Assembly: GCA_012689375.1 (NCBI GenBank)
Contig: JAAZLO010000028.1
Location: 25,665-89,664 of the forward strand
Origin: Bacillota bacterium
Lineage (GTDB): Bacteria > Bacillota > SHA-98 > UBA4971
Direction of reading: 5' to 3'
Length of the DNA stretch: 64,000 nt
This document shows positions 42,066 through 52,400 of the stretch, one piece after another. Below the pieces are notes generated by a model. The model had not been told where the DNA came from. It did no database searches and saw only the letters and a list, made by a program, of their open reading frames with translations. The first letter of the stretch is position 1; the number at the start of each line of letters is the position of its first letter. The translations under genes and the position numbers were made by a program.

Positions 42066-43544
42066 ATGAATTTTGGGAAAGACCGGTTTATTAAAGATGT
42101 GAAATTTACCATTAAACGGTTTGCCATGTTCGCCATGGGGGATCAGGTCATTGTGGGGGTATCGGGAGGACCTGATTCAGTTGCACTCTTGCATGTGTTG
42201 TACAAGTTGCAAAATGAGTTTGATATATCACTTCATGTAGCCCACCTGAATCATATGCTCAGGGGAGAAATCGCAGACGAGGAGGCAAGATATGTAAAGG
42301 ACTTTGCCAAAAGACTCGGTCTTAGCTGTACAATTGAATCAATTGATGTCAGAGATTATGCCTTCAAAAAAAGTATATCCACGGAACTGGCAGCCCGTGA
42401 TCTGCGTTATGATTTTTACATGCGTACAGCTATACGTGAAGGTGCCTCAAAGGTAGCATTGGGACATCATGCCGGTGATCAGGCTGAAACTGTACTTTTG
42501 AGGCTTATTCGCGGGACCGGGTTGACAGGTCTCCGGGGCATACCGGCTGTAAGGCCCCTTAACACAACAAGGAATATTACAATAGTCCGACCTTTAATTG
42601 AGTTAGTTCCTTCAAAAATTCTTACCTATTGCAATGAGACAGGACTTAAATATTACATAGACGCTTCAAATATCAATCCTGACTATTCTAGAAATAGAAT
42701 TAGGCATGAACTGATTCCCCGGCTTGAACAGGATTATAATCCTAAAGTGATTGAGGCTTTAGTTAACACTGCAGAATTAATACAAAAAGATGAGGATTAT
42801 ATGATCCGTAAAACCAAGGAGAAATTCAAGAAAGTGGTGGAATTCAAGTCCTCATGTAACGTAGTGATTAAAACAGCCGCCTTAAACAAGCAGCATGTGG
42901 CAATCCAAAGAAGAATCATAAGACAGGCAGTTCTGTATCTTACTGGCAAACTCGATGATTTCCAATTTATCCATGTAGAAAGTATTTTAAAGTTGGCTGC
43001 GTCAGGAAAGACCGGCTCTGTGATTTCATTGCCAGAAGAACTTCGGGGAAGGCTTGAGTATGGGCGAATTATAATAGAACGGACAGACAGGATTAAACCT
43101 CAGACATGTCCGGTTTTTGAATACAAGCTCAAAATCCCCGGGAAAACTGAAATTCCGGAGGCTTGTACAATAATAGAGGCCAATGTATTAAGTATCCTAA
43201 ATGCACCGGGTTTACCTGATCTTTTAGAATCAATAGTCTTTACCGGTAATGATGAGGCATATTTTGATATGGATATTATCGACGAGGACCTCACCGTAAG
43301 AAACAGGAGGCCGGGGGACAGGTTGTCACCTTTAGGGATGAAAGGGCATAAAAAGCTCAAGGATATCTTTATCGATGGGAAAATACCCAGGAACATAAGG
43401 GACTGTGTTCCCGTTATTGTATGGAGAGGGAAAATACTTTGGGTGGCAGGGATATGTATGGATGGTTTTGCAAAGCTTACCCCTGCTACTCAAAGGGTCC
43501 TTCATCTGAGGACTACACGCAGGTATCGTAGTTGTGATCAGTAG
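42066..43544 (+). CDS. tilS: tRNA(Ile)-lysidine synthetase
   Basis: PP-loop VGVSGGPDSVALLHVL about 30 aa from the chosen Met. The C-terminal TilS substrate-binding domain is present. The tracker start at 42009 would add a non-conserved 19-aa extension. Confidence 0.8.
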   Translation: MNFGKDRFIKDVKFTIKRFAMFAMGDQVIVGVSGGPDSVALLHVLYKLQNEFDISLHVAHLNHMLRGEIADEEARYVKDFAKRLGLSCTIESIDVRDYAFKKSISTELAARDLRYDFYMRTAIREGASKVALGHHAGDQAETVLLRLIRGTGLTGLRGIPAVRPLNTTRNITIVRPLIELVPSKILTYCNETGLKYYIDASNINPDYSRNRIRHELIPRLEQDYNPKVIEALVNTAELIQKDEDYMIRKTKEKFKKVVEFKSSCNVVIKTAALNKQHVAIQRRIIRQAVLYLTGKLDDFQFIHVESILKLAASGKTGSVISLPEELRGRLEYGRIIIERTDRIKPQTCPVFEYKLKIPGKTEIPEACTIIEANVLSILNAPGLPDLLESIVFTGNDEAYFDMDIIDEDLTVRNRRPGDRLSPLGMKGHKKLKDIFIDGKIPRNIRDCVPVIVWRGKILWVAGICMDGFAKLTPATQRVLHLRTTRRYRSCDQ

Positions 43545-43653
43545 TACCCTGTGTTATAATGTGCTTGCAATTTGTCGATTAAGTGGTTGAATAGGGTATT
43601 AATGAGATTTTTATGCGCCTGATGCGTGGTGGTGACCAATGGGAGGAAATCAA

Positions 43654-45618
43654 TTGAACAAGGTACTGAGAACGCTTGGGCTATGGCTTTTATTGGGTCT
43701 TATGGCTGTATCAATTGCCAGCACTTTTTATGGTCAGAAATCGACCCCGACAAAGATTGGCCTAAGTACATTTATGGACAACCTTGATTCCGGCAATATC
43801 ACAAAACTCAATATTATCGGTGATGATAAGATTGAGGGGCAATTAAGGAGCGGTGAGGATTTTGAAACGCACGTTCCTGATATAACTCTTGTTACTGATA
43901 AGCTGAAAGACAAGGAAGGCCCACTTGCAGGAATTGAGGTAGTATCTGAACCGAAGCCTGCTTCACCGTGGTGGTACACGGTATTACCACAGGTAATCTC
44001 AATGTTGTTTTTTATCGGGTTATGGTTCTTTCTCGTTAACCAAATGCAAGGCGGCGGTAATAAGGCCCTCTCTTTCGGAAAAAGCAGAGCAAGGCTTCAT
44101 ATGGAAGAACGCGGGAAAACTACTTTTGCGGATGTAGCCGGAATTGATGAAGCCAAGGAAGAGCTTGCGGAAATCGTGGAATTCCTTAAACATCCCAGAA
44201 AGTTTGTGGAATTGGGGGCTCAAATACCAAAGGGAGTTCTCCTTGTAGGGCCTCCGGGGACCGGGAAGACTCTCCTTGGACGGGCTGTTGCAGGCGAAGC
44301 AGGGGTCCCGTTTTTTATTATCAGCGGATCGGACTTCGTAGAGATGTTTGTGGGTGTAGGTGCTTCCAGAGTACGGGATCTTTTCGAACAAGCTAAGAAA
44401 AACGCCCCATGTATCATATTTATTGATGAAATCGATGCTGTCGGCAGGCAACGCGGTGCAGGCCTCGGTGGAGGTCATGATGAAAGGGAACAAACGCTGA
44501 ACCAACTTCTTGTGGAAATGGATGGGTTCGAATCCAATACAGGCATAATTCTCTTGGCTGCAACGAATAGGCCTGATGTCCTAGATCCTGCTTTACTCAG
44601 GCCGGGACGTTTCGATCGGCAAGTAGTTGTGGATATGCCGGATATCAAAGGTAGAGAGGGAATCCTACGGGTGCATGCCCGTAACAAGCCTTTGTCAAAA
44701 GATGTAGATCTTCTTTTTATAGCCCAAAGAACACCTGGGTTTACCGGAGCCGATCTGGAGAACGTTCTTAATGAAGCTGCAATCCTGGCAGCAAGACGTG
44801 GAAGTAAAACTATTACAATGGATGATTGTGATGAAGCAATAGATCGAGTTATAGCAGGTCCGCAGAAAAAGAGCAGGGTTATGAGTGACAAAGAAAGGGA
44901 TTTGGTGGCATTTCATGAGGCAGGCCATGCTCTGGCAGGAAAGCTTTTGCCGAACGTAGATCCTGTTCAAAAGGTATCAATAATTCCCAGGGGAAGAATG
45001 GGCGGATATACGCTGATGCTTCCGGAGGAAGACAGATTCTTTAGAACAAAATCCGAAATGCTCGATAATATAGTGGTAACCCTTGCGGGAAGGGTCGCTG
45101 AGGAAATAACATTTGATGAGATATCCACAGGGGCAGAAAATGATTTAAGCAGGGTTGCAAAGGTAGCCCGCAAGATGGTTACCGAATACGGTATGAGTGA
45201 AGAATTAGGCCCGTTATCCCTCGGGGGCCGCCGCGAAGAGCTTGTATTCCTTGGGCGGGATTTGGCCCATGACAGAGATTATAGTGAGGAAGTGGCTGCA
45301 TTAATTGATCGTGAGGTCAGAAGGATTGTTGATGAATCCTACGATCGAGCCAGGAGCCTCCTGATAAATAATAAGGACAAATTAATCAGGCTTGCCAATG
45401 CTTTGAGGGAAAGAGAAACCCTTGACGGAGACGAAATTGATGAAGTGTTAGCTGATAAGGCCGGGGCGGATGCAATAGATACAGAAGAGACAGTTGCCCA
45501 CTCGCCTGCTGCAATTCTTGTGGACGAAGAAGCAGATTCAAGGGAACAAGTTGATGCAGGCAAACCCAGGGTCTCATCAAGGAGGCCGAAGTTTGCGGAG
45601 AGCCCGGGCGGGGCATAA
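43654..45618 (+). CDS. ftsH: ATP-dependent zinc metalloprotease FtsH
   Basis: Walker A motif GPPGTGKT, Walker B motif IIFIDEID, second region of homology motif [19 protein letters not shown], and zinc motif [11 protein letters not shown] start with a GGGAGGAAA ribosome binding site gives the N-terminus MNKVLRT, matching the Bacillus FtsH pattern MNRVFRN. Confidence 0.9.
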   Translation: MNKVLRTLGLWLLLGLMAVSIASTFYGQKSTPTKIGLSTFMDNLDSGNITKLNIIGDDKIEGQLRSGEDFETHVPDITLVTDKLKDKEGPLAGIEVVSEPKPASPWWYTVLPQVISMLFFIGLWFFLVNQMQGGGNKALSFGKSRARLHMEERGKTTFADVAGIDEAKEELAEIVEFLKHPRKFVELGAQIPKGVLLVGPPGTGKTLLGRAVAGEAGVPFFIISGSDFVEMFVGVGASRVRDLFEQAKKNAPCIIFIDEIDAVGRQRGAGLGGGHDEREQTLNQLLVEMDGFESNTGIILLAATNRPDVLDPALLRPGRFDRQVVVDMPDIKGREGILRVHARNKPLSKDVDLLFIAQRTPGFTGADLENVLNEAAILAARRGSKTITMDDCDEAIDRVIAGPQKKSRVMSDKERDLVAFHEAGHALAGKLLPNVDPVQKVSIIPRGRMGGYTLMLPEEDRFFRTKSEMLDNIVVTLAGRVAEEITFDEISTGAENDLSRVAKVARKMVTEYGMSEELGPLSLGGRREELVFLGRDLAHDRDYSEEVAALIDREVRRIVDESYDRARSLLINNKDKLIRLANALRERETLDGDEIDEVLADKAGADAIDTEETVAHSPAAILVDEEADSREQVDAGKPRVSSRRPKFAESPGGA

Positions 45619-45638
45619 CAGAATTATACCGGTTTAGG

Positions 45639-45685
45639 AACGGACAAAGGCTTAGCATAGGAAGGCCCTTGTCCGTTTTATTTTA
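45639..45685 (+). terminator. Intrinsic terminator after ftsH
   Basis: The stem AACGGACAA...TTGTCCGTT is followed by TTTTATTTT. Confidence 0.55.
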
Positions 45686-45695
45686 ACATAAAGAG

Positions 45696-47354
45696 GTGAA
45701 AGGTGTGGCTCGCATAATAAAAGCCCCCCGGGGTTCGGAAATTTCATGTAAAGGCTGGCAACAAGAAGCTGCCATGCGAATGCTTATGAATAATCTGGAT
45801 CCTGATGTTGCTGAGAATCCACAGGAGCTCGTTGTATATGGTGGTCGAGGTAAAGCTGCACGTAACTGGGATGCCTTTGAAGCTATAGTGGGAAGTCTTA
45901 AAGCTCTTGAAAATGATGAAACCCTCCTCGTTCAATCAGGAAAACCTGTAGGTGTATTTCGTACCCATAAGCTTGCCCCAAGAGTGTTAATATCAAATTC
46001 AATGCTTGTTCCGAAATGGGCTACATGGGATGATTTCTGGGAGCTTGAAGAAAAAGGCCTTACCATGTACGGGCAGATGACTGCAGGAAGTTGGATTTAT
46101 ATTGGTACACAAGGCATTCTGCAGGGGACATATGAGACTTTTGCGGAAGCTGCAAAGCAACATTTCGGTGGGAGCCTGGCAGGGAAATTAACTTTAACCG
46201 CCGGCTTGGGCGGAATGGGCGGAGCTCAGCCTTTAGCCGTTACCATGAACGATGGTGTTGCTATCGTAGTTGAAGTAAATGAGGATCACATAAAACGAAG
46301 GCTGGAGACTGGGTATTGTGACACAATGACAACAAGTATTGATGAGGCTGTGGAACTTGCCCGTAAAGCACAAAAGGATAAAAGGCCGCTTTCCATAGCA
46401 TTGCTTGGTAATGCAGCTGTAACTCATCCCGAGTTTGTGAGGCGCGGGGTGATCCCTGATGTAGTTACAGATCAAACTTCAGCCCATGATCCGCTCGGCG
46501 GCTATATCCCCATAGGTCTTTCTTTAGAGGAGGCAAAGGAATTACGGGAGTGTGACCCTAAAGGCTACATAAAGCAGGCTATGAAATCCATGGCGATCCA
46601 AGTTGAGGCTATGCTTGAAATGAAAAGCAGAGGGGCCGCAGTTTTTGATTACGGCAATAACATAAGGCAGCAAGCCTATGATACAGGAGTGAAGGATGCA
46701 TTTTCTTATCCTGGGTTTGTGCCTGCTTATATTAGGCCCCTTTTTTGTGAAGGTAAAGGACCTTTCAGGTGGGTGGCACTTTCTGGAGATCCGGCTGATA
46801 TTTACAAAACCGATGAAGTTGTATTAAAGGAATTCCCCGATGATAAGCATTTAACCCAATGGATTACATTTGCCCGTGAAAAAGTGCAATTTCAGGGATT
46901 ACCTTCTAGAATATGCTGGCTGGGATATGACGAGCGGGCAAGATTTGGTAAGGCAATAAATAATTTAGTAAGGCGCGGCGAAATATCGGCCCCTATTGTA
47001 ATAGGAAGGGATCATCTTGATACAGGTTCAGTTGCATCCCCGAATCGAGAAACGGAAAGCATGAAAGACGGGAGCGATGCCATAGCCGATTGGCCGATTT
47101 TAAATGCACTGTTGAATGCAGTATCCGGTGCCTCCTGGGTATCGGTCCATCATGGTGGAGGCGTTGGAATAGGATATTCAATTCACGCAGGAATGGTAGT
47201 GGTTGCAGACGGGAGCGATGATGCGGATTTCCGTTTAGAACGGGTACTTACCACTGATCCGGGTTCCGGAATAATCCGTCATGCTGATGCAGGATATGAT
47301 AAGGCTGTTGAAACTGCGCGAAAGTGGGGTATTAAAATCCCGATGCGGGGTTAA
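45696..47354 (+). CDS. hutU: Urocanate hydratase
   Basis: 552 aa. The N-terminus [33 protein letters not shown] matches the HutU pattern in B. subtilis, and the NAD-binding core is present. The start is probably GTG (45696 or 45708). Confidence 0.85.
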   Translation: MKGVARIIKAPRGSEISCKGWQQEAAMRMLMNNLDPDVAENPQELVVYGGRGKAARNWDAFEAIVGSLKALENDETLLVQSGKPVGVFRTHKLAPRVLISNSMLVPKWATWDDFWELEEKGLTMYGQMTAGSWIYIGTQGILQGTYETFAEAAKQHFGGSLAGKLTLTAGLGGMGGAQPLAVTMNDGVAIVVEVNEDHIKRRLETGYCDTMTTSIDEAVELARKAQKDKRPLSIALLGNAAVTHPEFVRRGVIPDVVTDQTSAHDPLGGYIPIGLSLEEAKELRECDPKGYIKQAMKSMAIQVEAMLEMKSRGAAVFDYGNNIRQQAYDTGVKDAFSYPGFVPAYIRPLFCEGKGPFRWVALSGDPADIYKTDEVVLKEFPDDKHLTQWITFAREKVQFQGLPSRICWLGYDERARFGKAINNLVRRGEISAPIVIGRDHLDTGSVASPNRETESMKDGSDAIADWPILNALLNAVSGASWVSVHHGGGVGIGYSIHAGMVVVADGSDDADFRLERVLTTDPGSGIIRHADAGYDKAVETARKWGIKIPMRG

Positions 47355-47370
47355 TTAACTTCGCCGAGAT

Positions 47371-47402
47371 GTACAGCTGCCCGGGTTCCGGGCGGCTGTA
47401 CA
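47371..47402. terminator. GC-rich hairpin between convergent hutU and nfu (possible bidirectional terminator)
   Basis: GTACAGCTGCCCGG, loop gttc, then CCGGGCGGCTGTAC: a 14-bp stem with one mismatch. There is no clear U-tract. Confidence 0.3.
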
Positions 47403-47434
47403 CTTGTCCTGTTCGGCGATATAAGAGATCACGC

Positions 47435-47704
47435 TTATTCAGCCTCCACCCTTTCTATTTCGGGGATTTCTTCCTTGAGGACTCTTTCCACACCGTTTTT
47501 TAAGGTCATTCTTGAAAAAGGACAGCCTCCGCAAGCACCGGTGAGTCTCACCTTTACCACGTTATTCTCAACACTGACAAGTTCCACATTCCCACCGTGT
47601 GCCTTAAGGGCGCCCCTGACTTTTTCCAGGGCTTGCTCCACTCGATCGTACAAAATGTTTGCCTCCTTCGTCGGTTGGTTGTTCCGGTGTTTTACTGTAA
47701 ACAT
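47435..47704 (-). CDS. NifU-like (Nfu-type) Fe-S cluster carrier domain protein
   Basis: The C-terminal Nfu motif LTGACGGCPFSRMTLK..GVE is present. I chose the ATG (MFTVKH) as the start. The tracker used an upstream GTG. Confidence 0.6.
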   Translation of the reverse strand: MFTVKHRNNQPTKEANILYDRVEQALEKVRGALKAHGGNVELVSVENNVVKVRLTGACGGCPFSRMTLKNGVERVLKEEIPEIERVEAE

Positions 47705-47760
47705 CTTAGCCCATATTAACATTATATACACAATATTAATTATACAATGAAAGTCCGTTG

Positions 47761-48594
47761 TTATACAATTTCAATTTGGAGGCTGAGCCTGACCCCAGTT
47801 CCTGTATTGACTGCTGTAACAGTATAGCTCCCTGGGGAAACAGGGATTCCCTTATTTGTTGTCTGATTCCATATTTGAATGTGAAGCAGACGTTGGCCTG
47901 CACCTAAAGTAATCCTTTCTACGGCGAATGTAAAAAAGCGCCCTTCAGACCAACCCCAAACCACTCTTCCTGCCCGTGTTACAATAAAATCATATCTTTG
48001 GCTTGATCTGTAAGTAATAGATACAGGGTTCCCTGAAACATTTGTCTTGCTGAGGCTGAGCCGTATAGGCTCACCCTTTGGAGATGTTGTCCTATTAACC
48101 ATAAAAGTATGCCTAATCCCATCCCTGATCACAGATACCTGATTTGCCCCTGTGACAGGTGGCCCAGGCGGTCTCGGAGGAGCTGGCGGTGCAGGGGATG
48201 GGGTAGATATAACTACAGTAGGTGTTACAGGGACAAATAATACCTGTCCTGTGGATATGATGTTATGATCCGGGATTCTATTCACTCTTACCAGAACTTG
48301 CACTGTTGTTCCGAAACGCCTTGCAAGACCTGTTAAAGTATCCGCAGGCTGTACCATATAAAGCCTAAACCCCTCAGGTATTGCAATGGAAGGAGGCATT
48401 GGATCCGGTATTGTCGGTGCAGGTGTCAGAGTCACGGGAGGTGTGCCTGATATCGGTACTTGAAGCACTTGCCCTACAAAAATAAGATTTGGATCCGGAA
48501 TATTATTGGCTGAAATTATTGCATCCACCGTAGAACCAAGCTTCTCTGCGATTAAAGCAAGGGTATCACCGGATTGGATAATATATGTGATCAT
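47761..48594 (-). CDS. LysM (x2) peptidoglycan-binding protein with a C-terminal BsuPI-like (intracellular proteinase inhibitor fold) domain
   Basis: Two LysM repeats (YIIQSGDTLALIA... and YMVQPADTLTGLA...) separated by Pro-rich linkers. The C-terminal ~110 aa match the BsuPI pattern (SQRYDFIV..., W.W, PGSYTV). ATG start with an AGGGGGAG ribosome binding site. Confidence 0.65.
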   Translation of the reverse strand: MITYIIQSGDTLALIAEKLGSTVDAIISANNIPDPNLIFVGQVLQVPISGTPPVTLTPAPTIPDPMPPSIAIPEGFRLYMVQPADTLTGLARRFGTTVQVLVRVNRIPDHNIISTGQVLFVPVTPTVVISTPSPAPPAPPRPPGPPVTGANQVSVIRDGIRHTFMVNRTTSPKGEPIRLSLSKTNVSGNPVSITYRSSQRYDFIVTRAGRVVWGWSEGRFFTFAVERITLGAGQRLLHIQIWNQTTNKGIPVSPGSYTVTAVNTGTGVRLSLQIEIV

Positions 48595-48769
48595 ACTGAC
48601 TCCCCCTTGGTGAGACGTCTTCACCATATGTTATTCCGGTATTTGCCGGATGTTACCATATATTAATATTAGGATTCATAGTCAGGGGCCGTGAAGGAAT
48701 CGTACATCGGAAGCAGAACTTAAACCACAATGGTCGTGTCCGGTTAATTGTAAAAGGGGATTTCATCTT

Positions 48770-49465
48770 ATGTCAGTGAAAGGAAGAACAAATTACGGTT
48801 TCGTCAGCTTTTTTATTATCTTTACACTTGTTGTGCTTATTATTTCAAGCTTTGTCTTAAAAATAAATGCCGGTAGCCCTGGGGATGACGCCTTGGGTAT
48901 ATTAAAGGCTTCGCGCTCCCCTGCCTTGGAAAGGGAAGTGTTGGATATAGCCAGGGCCTCTGTAGCCAGAGTCATCCTGGGGGAAACAACAGAACTGAAA
49001 CTTAAAAGTCCTGATCGGATTATAACAGGCCAACTTTGTAAAATACAGGCCGGAGTGTTTGTTACGTTAATAATTGACGATAAAATCAGAGGATGCATGG
49101 GGCGGATTTATCCGGCTGAATCCAATTTAAAGGATGAGATTGCTTCAGCCGCGGGAATGGCGGCTACTATGGACACACGGTACCCTCCGATTAGTGCGGA
49201 GGAAATATGCAAATTGGATTTTTGTATATCGATAGTAGGCAGGATTAGAAGGGAAAGCCCAAATATCCAAGTTAATCCGCGGCTTGAAGGGATATTAGTA
49301 AAAGCCTGCGGACTCTCTGGGGTGATTCTTCCGGGGGAAGCGAAAACCGCAGCATATCAAAGGGGATGGGCTTTGAGAGAAGCCGGTATAAAGTCAGGTG
49401 TTCCATATGAATTATATGTTTTTGAAACGGAAAGGTTTGGGAAAACTCTACCGGTCAGGGGGTAA
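48770..49465 (+). CDS. AMMECR1-domain protein with N-terminal membrane anchor
   Basis: The AMMECR1 motifs GVFVTL and IRGCMG (the LRGCIG equivalent) are present, preceded by one transmembrane helix. Confidence 0.55.
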   Translation: MSVKGRTNYGFVSFFIIFTLVVLIISSFVLKINAGSPGDDALGILKASRSPALEREVLDIARASVARVILGETTELKLKSPDRIITGQLCKIQAGVFVTLIIDDKIRGCMGRIYPAESNLKDEIASAAGMAATMDTRYPPISAEEICKLDFCISIVGRIRRESPNIQVNPRLEGILVKACGLSGVILPGEAKTAAYQRGWALREAGIKSGVPYELYVFETERFGKTLPVRG

Positions 49466-49471
49466 ATTCGC

Positions 49472-52400
49472 ATGAAAACGGAGTTTTGCCGAAAGACTTT
49501 TTTAACAGGTATTATTATTGCTCTATTGATAGGAATCGCTTTTACTGTCAAATCGTTTCCAGTTAACGGCAAATCAATTAAAAATTATATGTATATGCAT
49601 GTGGATGATCGCGTCCTTTCATTTTCTGAGAATGCTTTGCTTTATGTAAGGGGGAAAGGGTTGACAAGGATTGACTTCCGTATATGGAAGTTCAATCCGA
49701 ATCTTTATTACAGAAGCCATGGGTCATTATCCCTATGCCTGGAGCGGATGCCGGAAAATGCAAAGCTAATCCAGGAATTTTCAGAATACCCCCGCCTGAA
49801 AAAAGCTGGTGAGGAATTTTCCGTGAATATAAAAATTCACCCTGAGGGCCCAGGGGGGTACTTGATTAAGGCCCGGGATAATGAAGGGCGTGAAGTATGC
49901 GAATGGTTTCTTGTAACTGAACTTGGGCTTATAACAAAACAAAGCCAAGATAAGCTTTTAGTGTACGCCTGCGCGTTTGATAAAGGTGAACCACAAACCG
50001 GTGTGGATATTACAGTATATGACGGGAGTATGGAGGTAATCGGGAAAGGTATTACCGATGGTAACGGGTTCTATATCCTAAATGCAAAAGATATCCCTGA
50101 AGGGGGTATTTCTATAGTCGGTACCAAGGGGGACCCCGGAACAGAGAGTTTTGCCGAAGTAAAGTCATGGAATTATTGGGAAAATGCTGGCTATAATGTG
50201 TACATTTATACTGACAGGCCTATATACAGACCTGGTCAGAAAGTATCATGGAAAGGTATTCTCAGGGAAAGTACCGGTGGGGGGTTTAAGGTTTTAGGTG
50301 GGGAGGAAATCAGTGTTGAAATCAGGGATCCCAAAGATGCATGTATATATAAAATAGAGGCTGAAACCAATAATTACGGGTCCTTCACTGGAGATGTTAT
50401 ATTAGGGGATGAGCCATCTTTAGGTACTTATAGGGTCCTTGTCAAAGTCAGGGGGAGTGTCCATTATGGCCGATTTAAAGTAGCTGAATACAGAAAACCT
50501 GAGTATGAAATTAAAGTGAATACTGACAAGCAGGTGTATATTGCAGGTGATGATATATCCTGTAAAATTGAGGCTGCTTATTATTTTGGGAAACCTGTCC
50601 CTGATGGGAAAGTAAAATATGCAGTTTATTCTCAAACGTATTACCGGCCTTTTCGTTCTACAGAGGACCTGGGCTACTTTTCAATTACAGATGATGATTA
50701 CGGGTATTATGGGGAATTGGTGGATTCAGGGGAAGGAGTAACGTCAGGGGACGGAACCATGGGATTTACTATAAAGACAGGAAGGACAGAAAGGACCAAA
50801 AGGCTGTTTATTGAGACAACAGTTACAGACGAAAGTCATAGGGAGGTTACAGGCAGGGCTTCAATAATATTAGCCAGGGGCCTTTTTGATTTAACGGCCC
50901 AACCTACAGAATATATTGTATCACCGGGGGGTTCGGCGGAAATTCATGTAAAAGGGGTTACCCTTGAAGAAAAGCCTTATTCCGTAGAATTCACGTGGCA
51001 ATCCATGAGAATCACATGGGATGGTAATAAATCAATAAGGTGGAAGGAGCAATCCGGAGTAGCGACCACAGGTATCGACGGTAAGGGTGTCTTCGAATTT
51101 ACTCCGGAAGAGGAAGGTTCGTATGTGGTGGAAGTATCCGCGACTGATGCCAGAGGTAACCATATAGTTGAAGAAGCATACATCTGGGTGGCAAGCAGTA
51201 CAGGCAGGCAATGGAATTACGGAGGAACTGAAATTGAAATAGTGTCTGATAAGGATGTTTACGAATTAGGAGATACAGCTAAAATCCTTGTGAATACGAC
51301 TCTTGACGATACTTGGGCAATTATTACTGTGGAAGGCCGGGATCTCCTTTTTTATGAAGCATTAAAGCCTACAGGATGCATGCGCCTGTTTGAAATCCCG
51401 ATAACTGAGGAATTCTGTCCTAATTGTTTTTTTACCGTGACACTCGTTCGGGGGAAGCAGTTTTATTCCCGGGAAAAAACTATATATGTCTCAATGAAGG
51501 ATAAGTTCCTAGATGTATCCATAATCCCCGATAAGGAAATATACAGCCCCGGTGAAAAGGGTTCTTATACAATTAAGATCCGAGATCACAAAGGTCGCCC
51601 TGTTCAGGCAGAGCTTTCCTTGGGTGTTGTCGATGCATCTATATATGCCGTACAAAAAGAACTTGCTCCTGATATCAGAAAAGCATTTTACGGTTCGGTT
51701 TGGAATATGACAGTTACAAACTATTCCTTCCCTCAATGGTATTTTGGGGGTGCAGATAAAGAGGGGGATGCATCAGAGATTCGTAAGGATTTTCCTGATA
51801 CTGCCCTTTGGGAGCCTATAATTCTCACTGACAAAAAAGGCACGGCGAGAATCAATTTCCAAATGCCTGATTCCTTAACTACGTGGAAAGCCACTGTACG
51901 GGCGCATACCCGGGAAACTCAGGTAGGGTTTGCTACAAATGATGTAATAACTACAAAGGATTTCATTTGCAGGCTGTCCACACCAAGATTCTTTACTTTG
52001 GGTGATACGGCCTATGTATCCACTATTATCCACAACTATACTGAAAACAGGGTGAATGCGGAGGTTAAACTTAGGGCTGAGGGAATAACGCTATGTGACA
52101 AGGATAAGCGCACTGTGGTACTGTCTGCAGGAGAGCAGGTATCCCTGGATTGGAAAGTTATATGTGATAAAGCAGGGATAGCAAAATTCACCGTCTTAGC
52201 TAAAGCAGGGAGAGCACAGGATGCCTTAGAGCTCAGTGTACCCGTAATCCCTTTCGGTAGAAGTATAAGAGAGTTTAAAAGCGGTGAAATAGGAGATAGC
52301 CCAGGAAATAACGATAAAGCACATATTGAATTTAATATCCCTGAAGATGTTCTGGATAATACGACAGATGTTGAAGTAAGGCTTGCCCCGTCAGTGGCAG

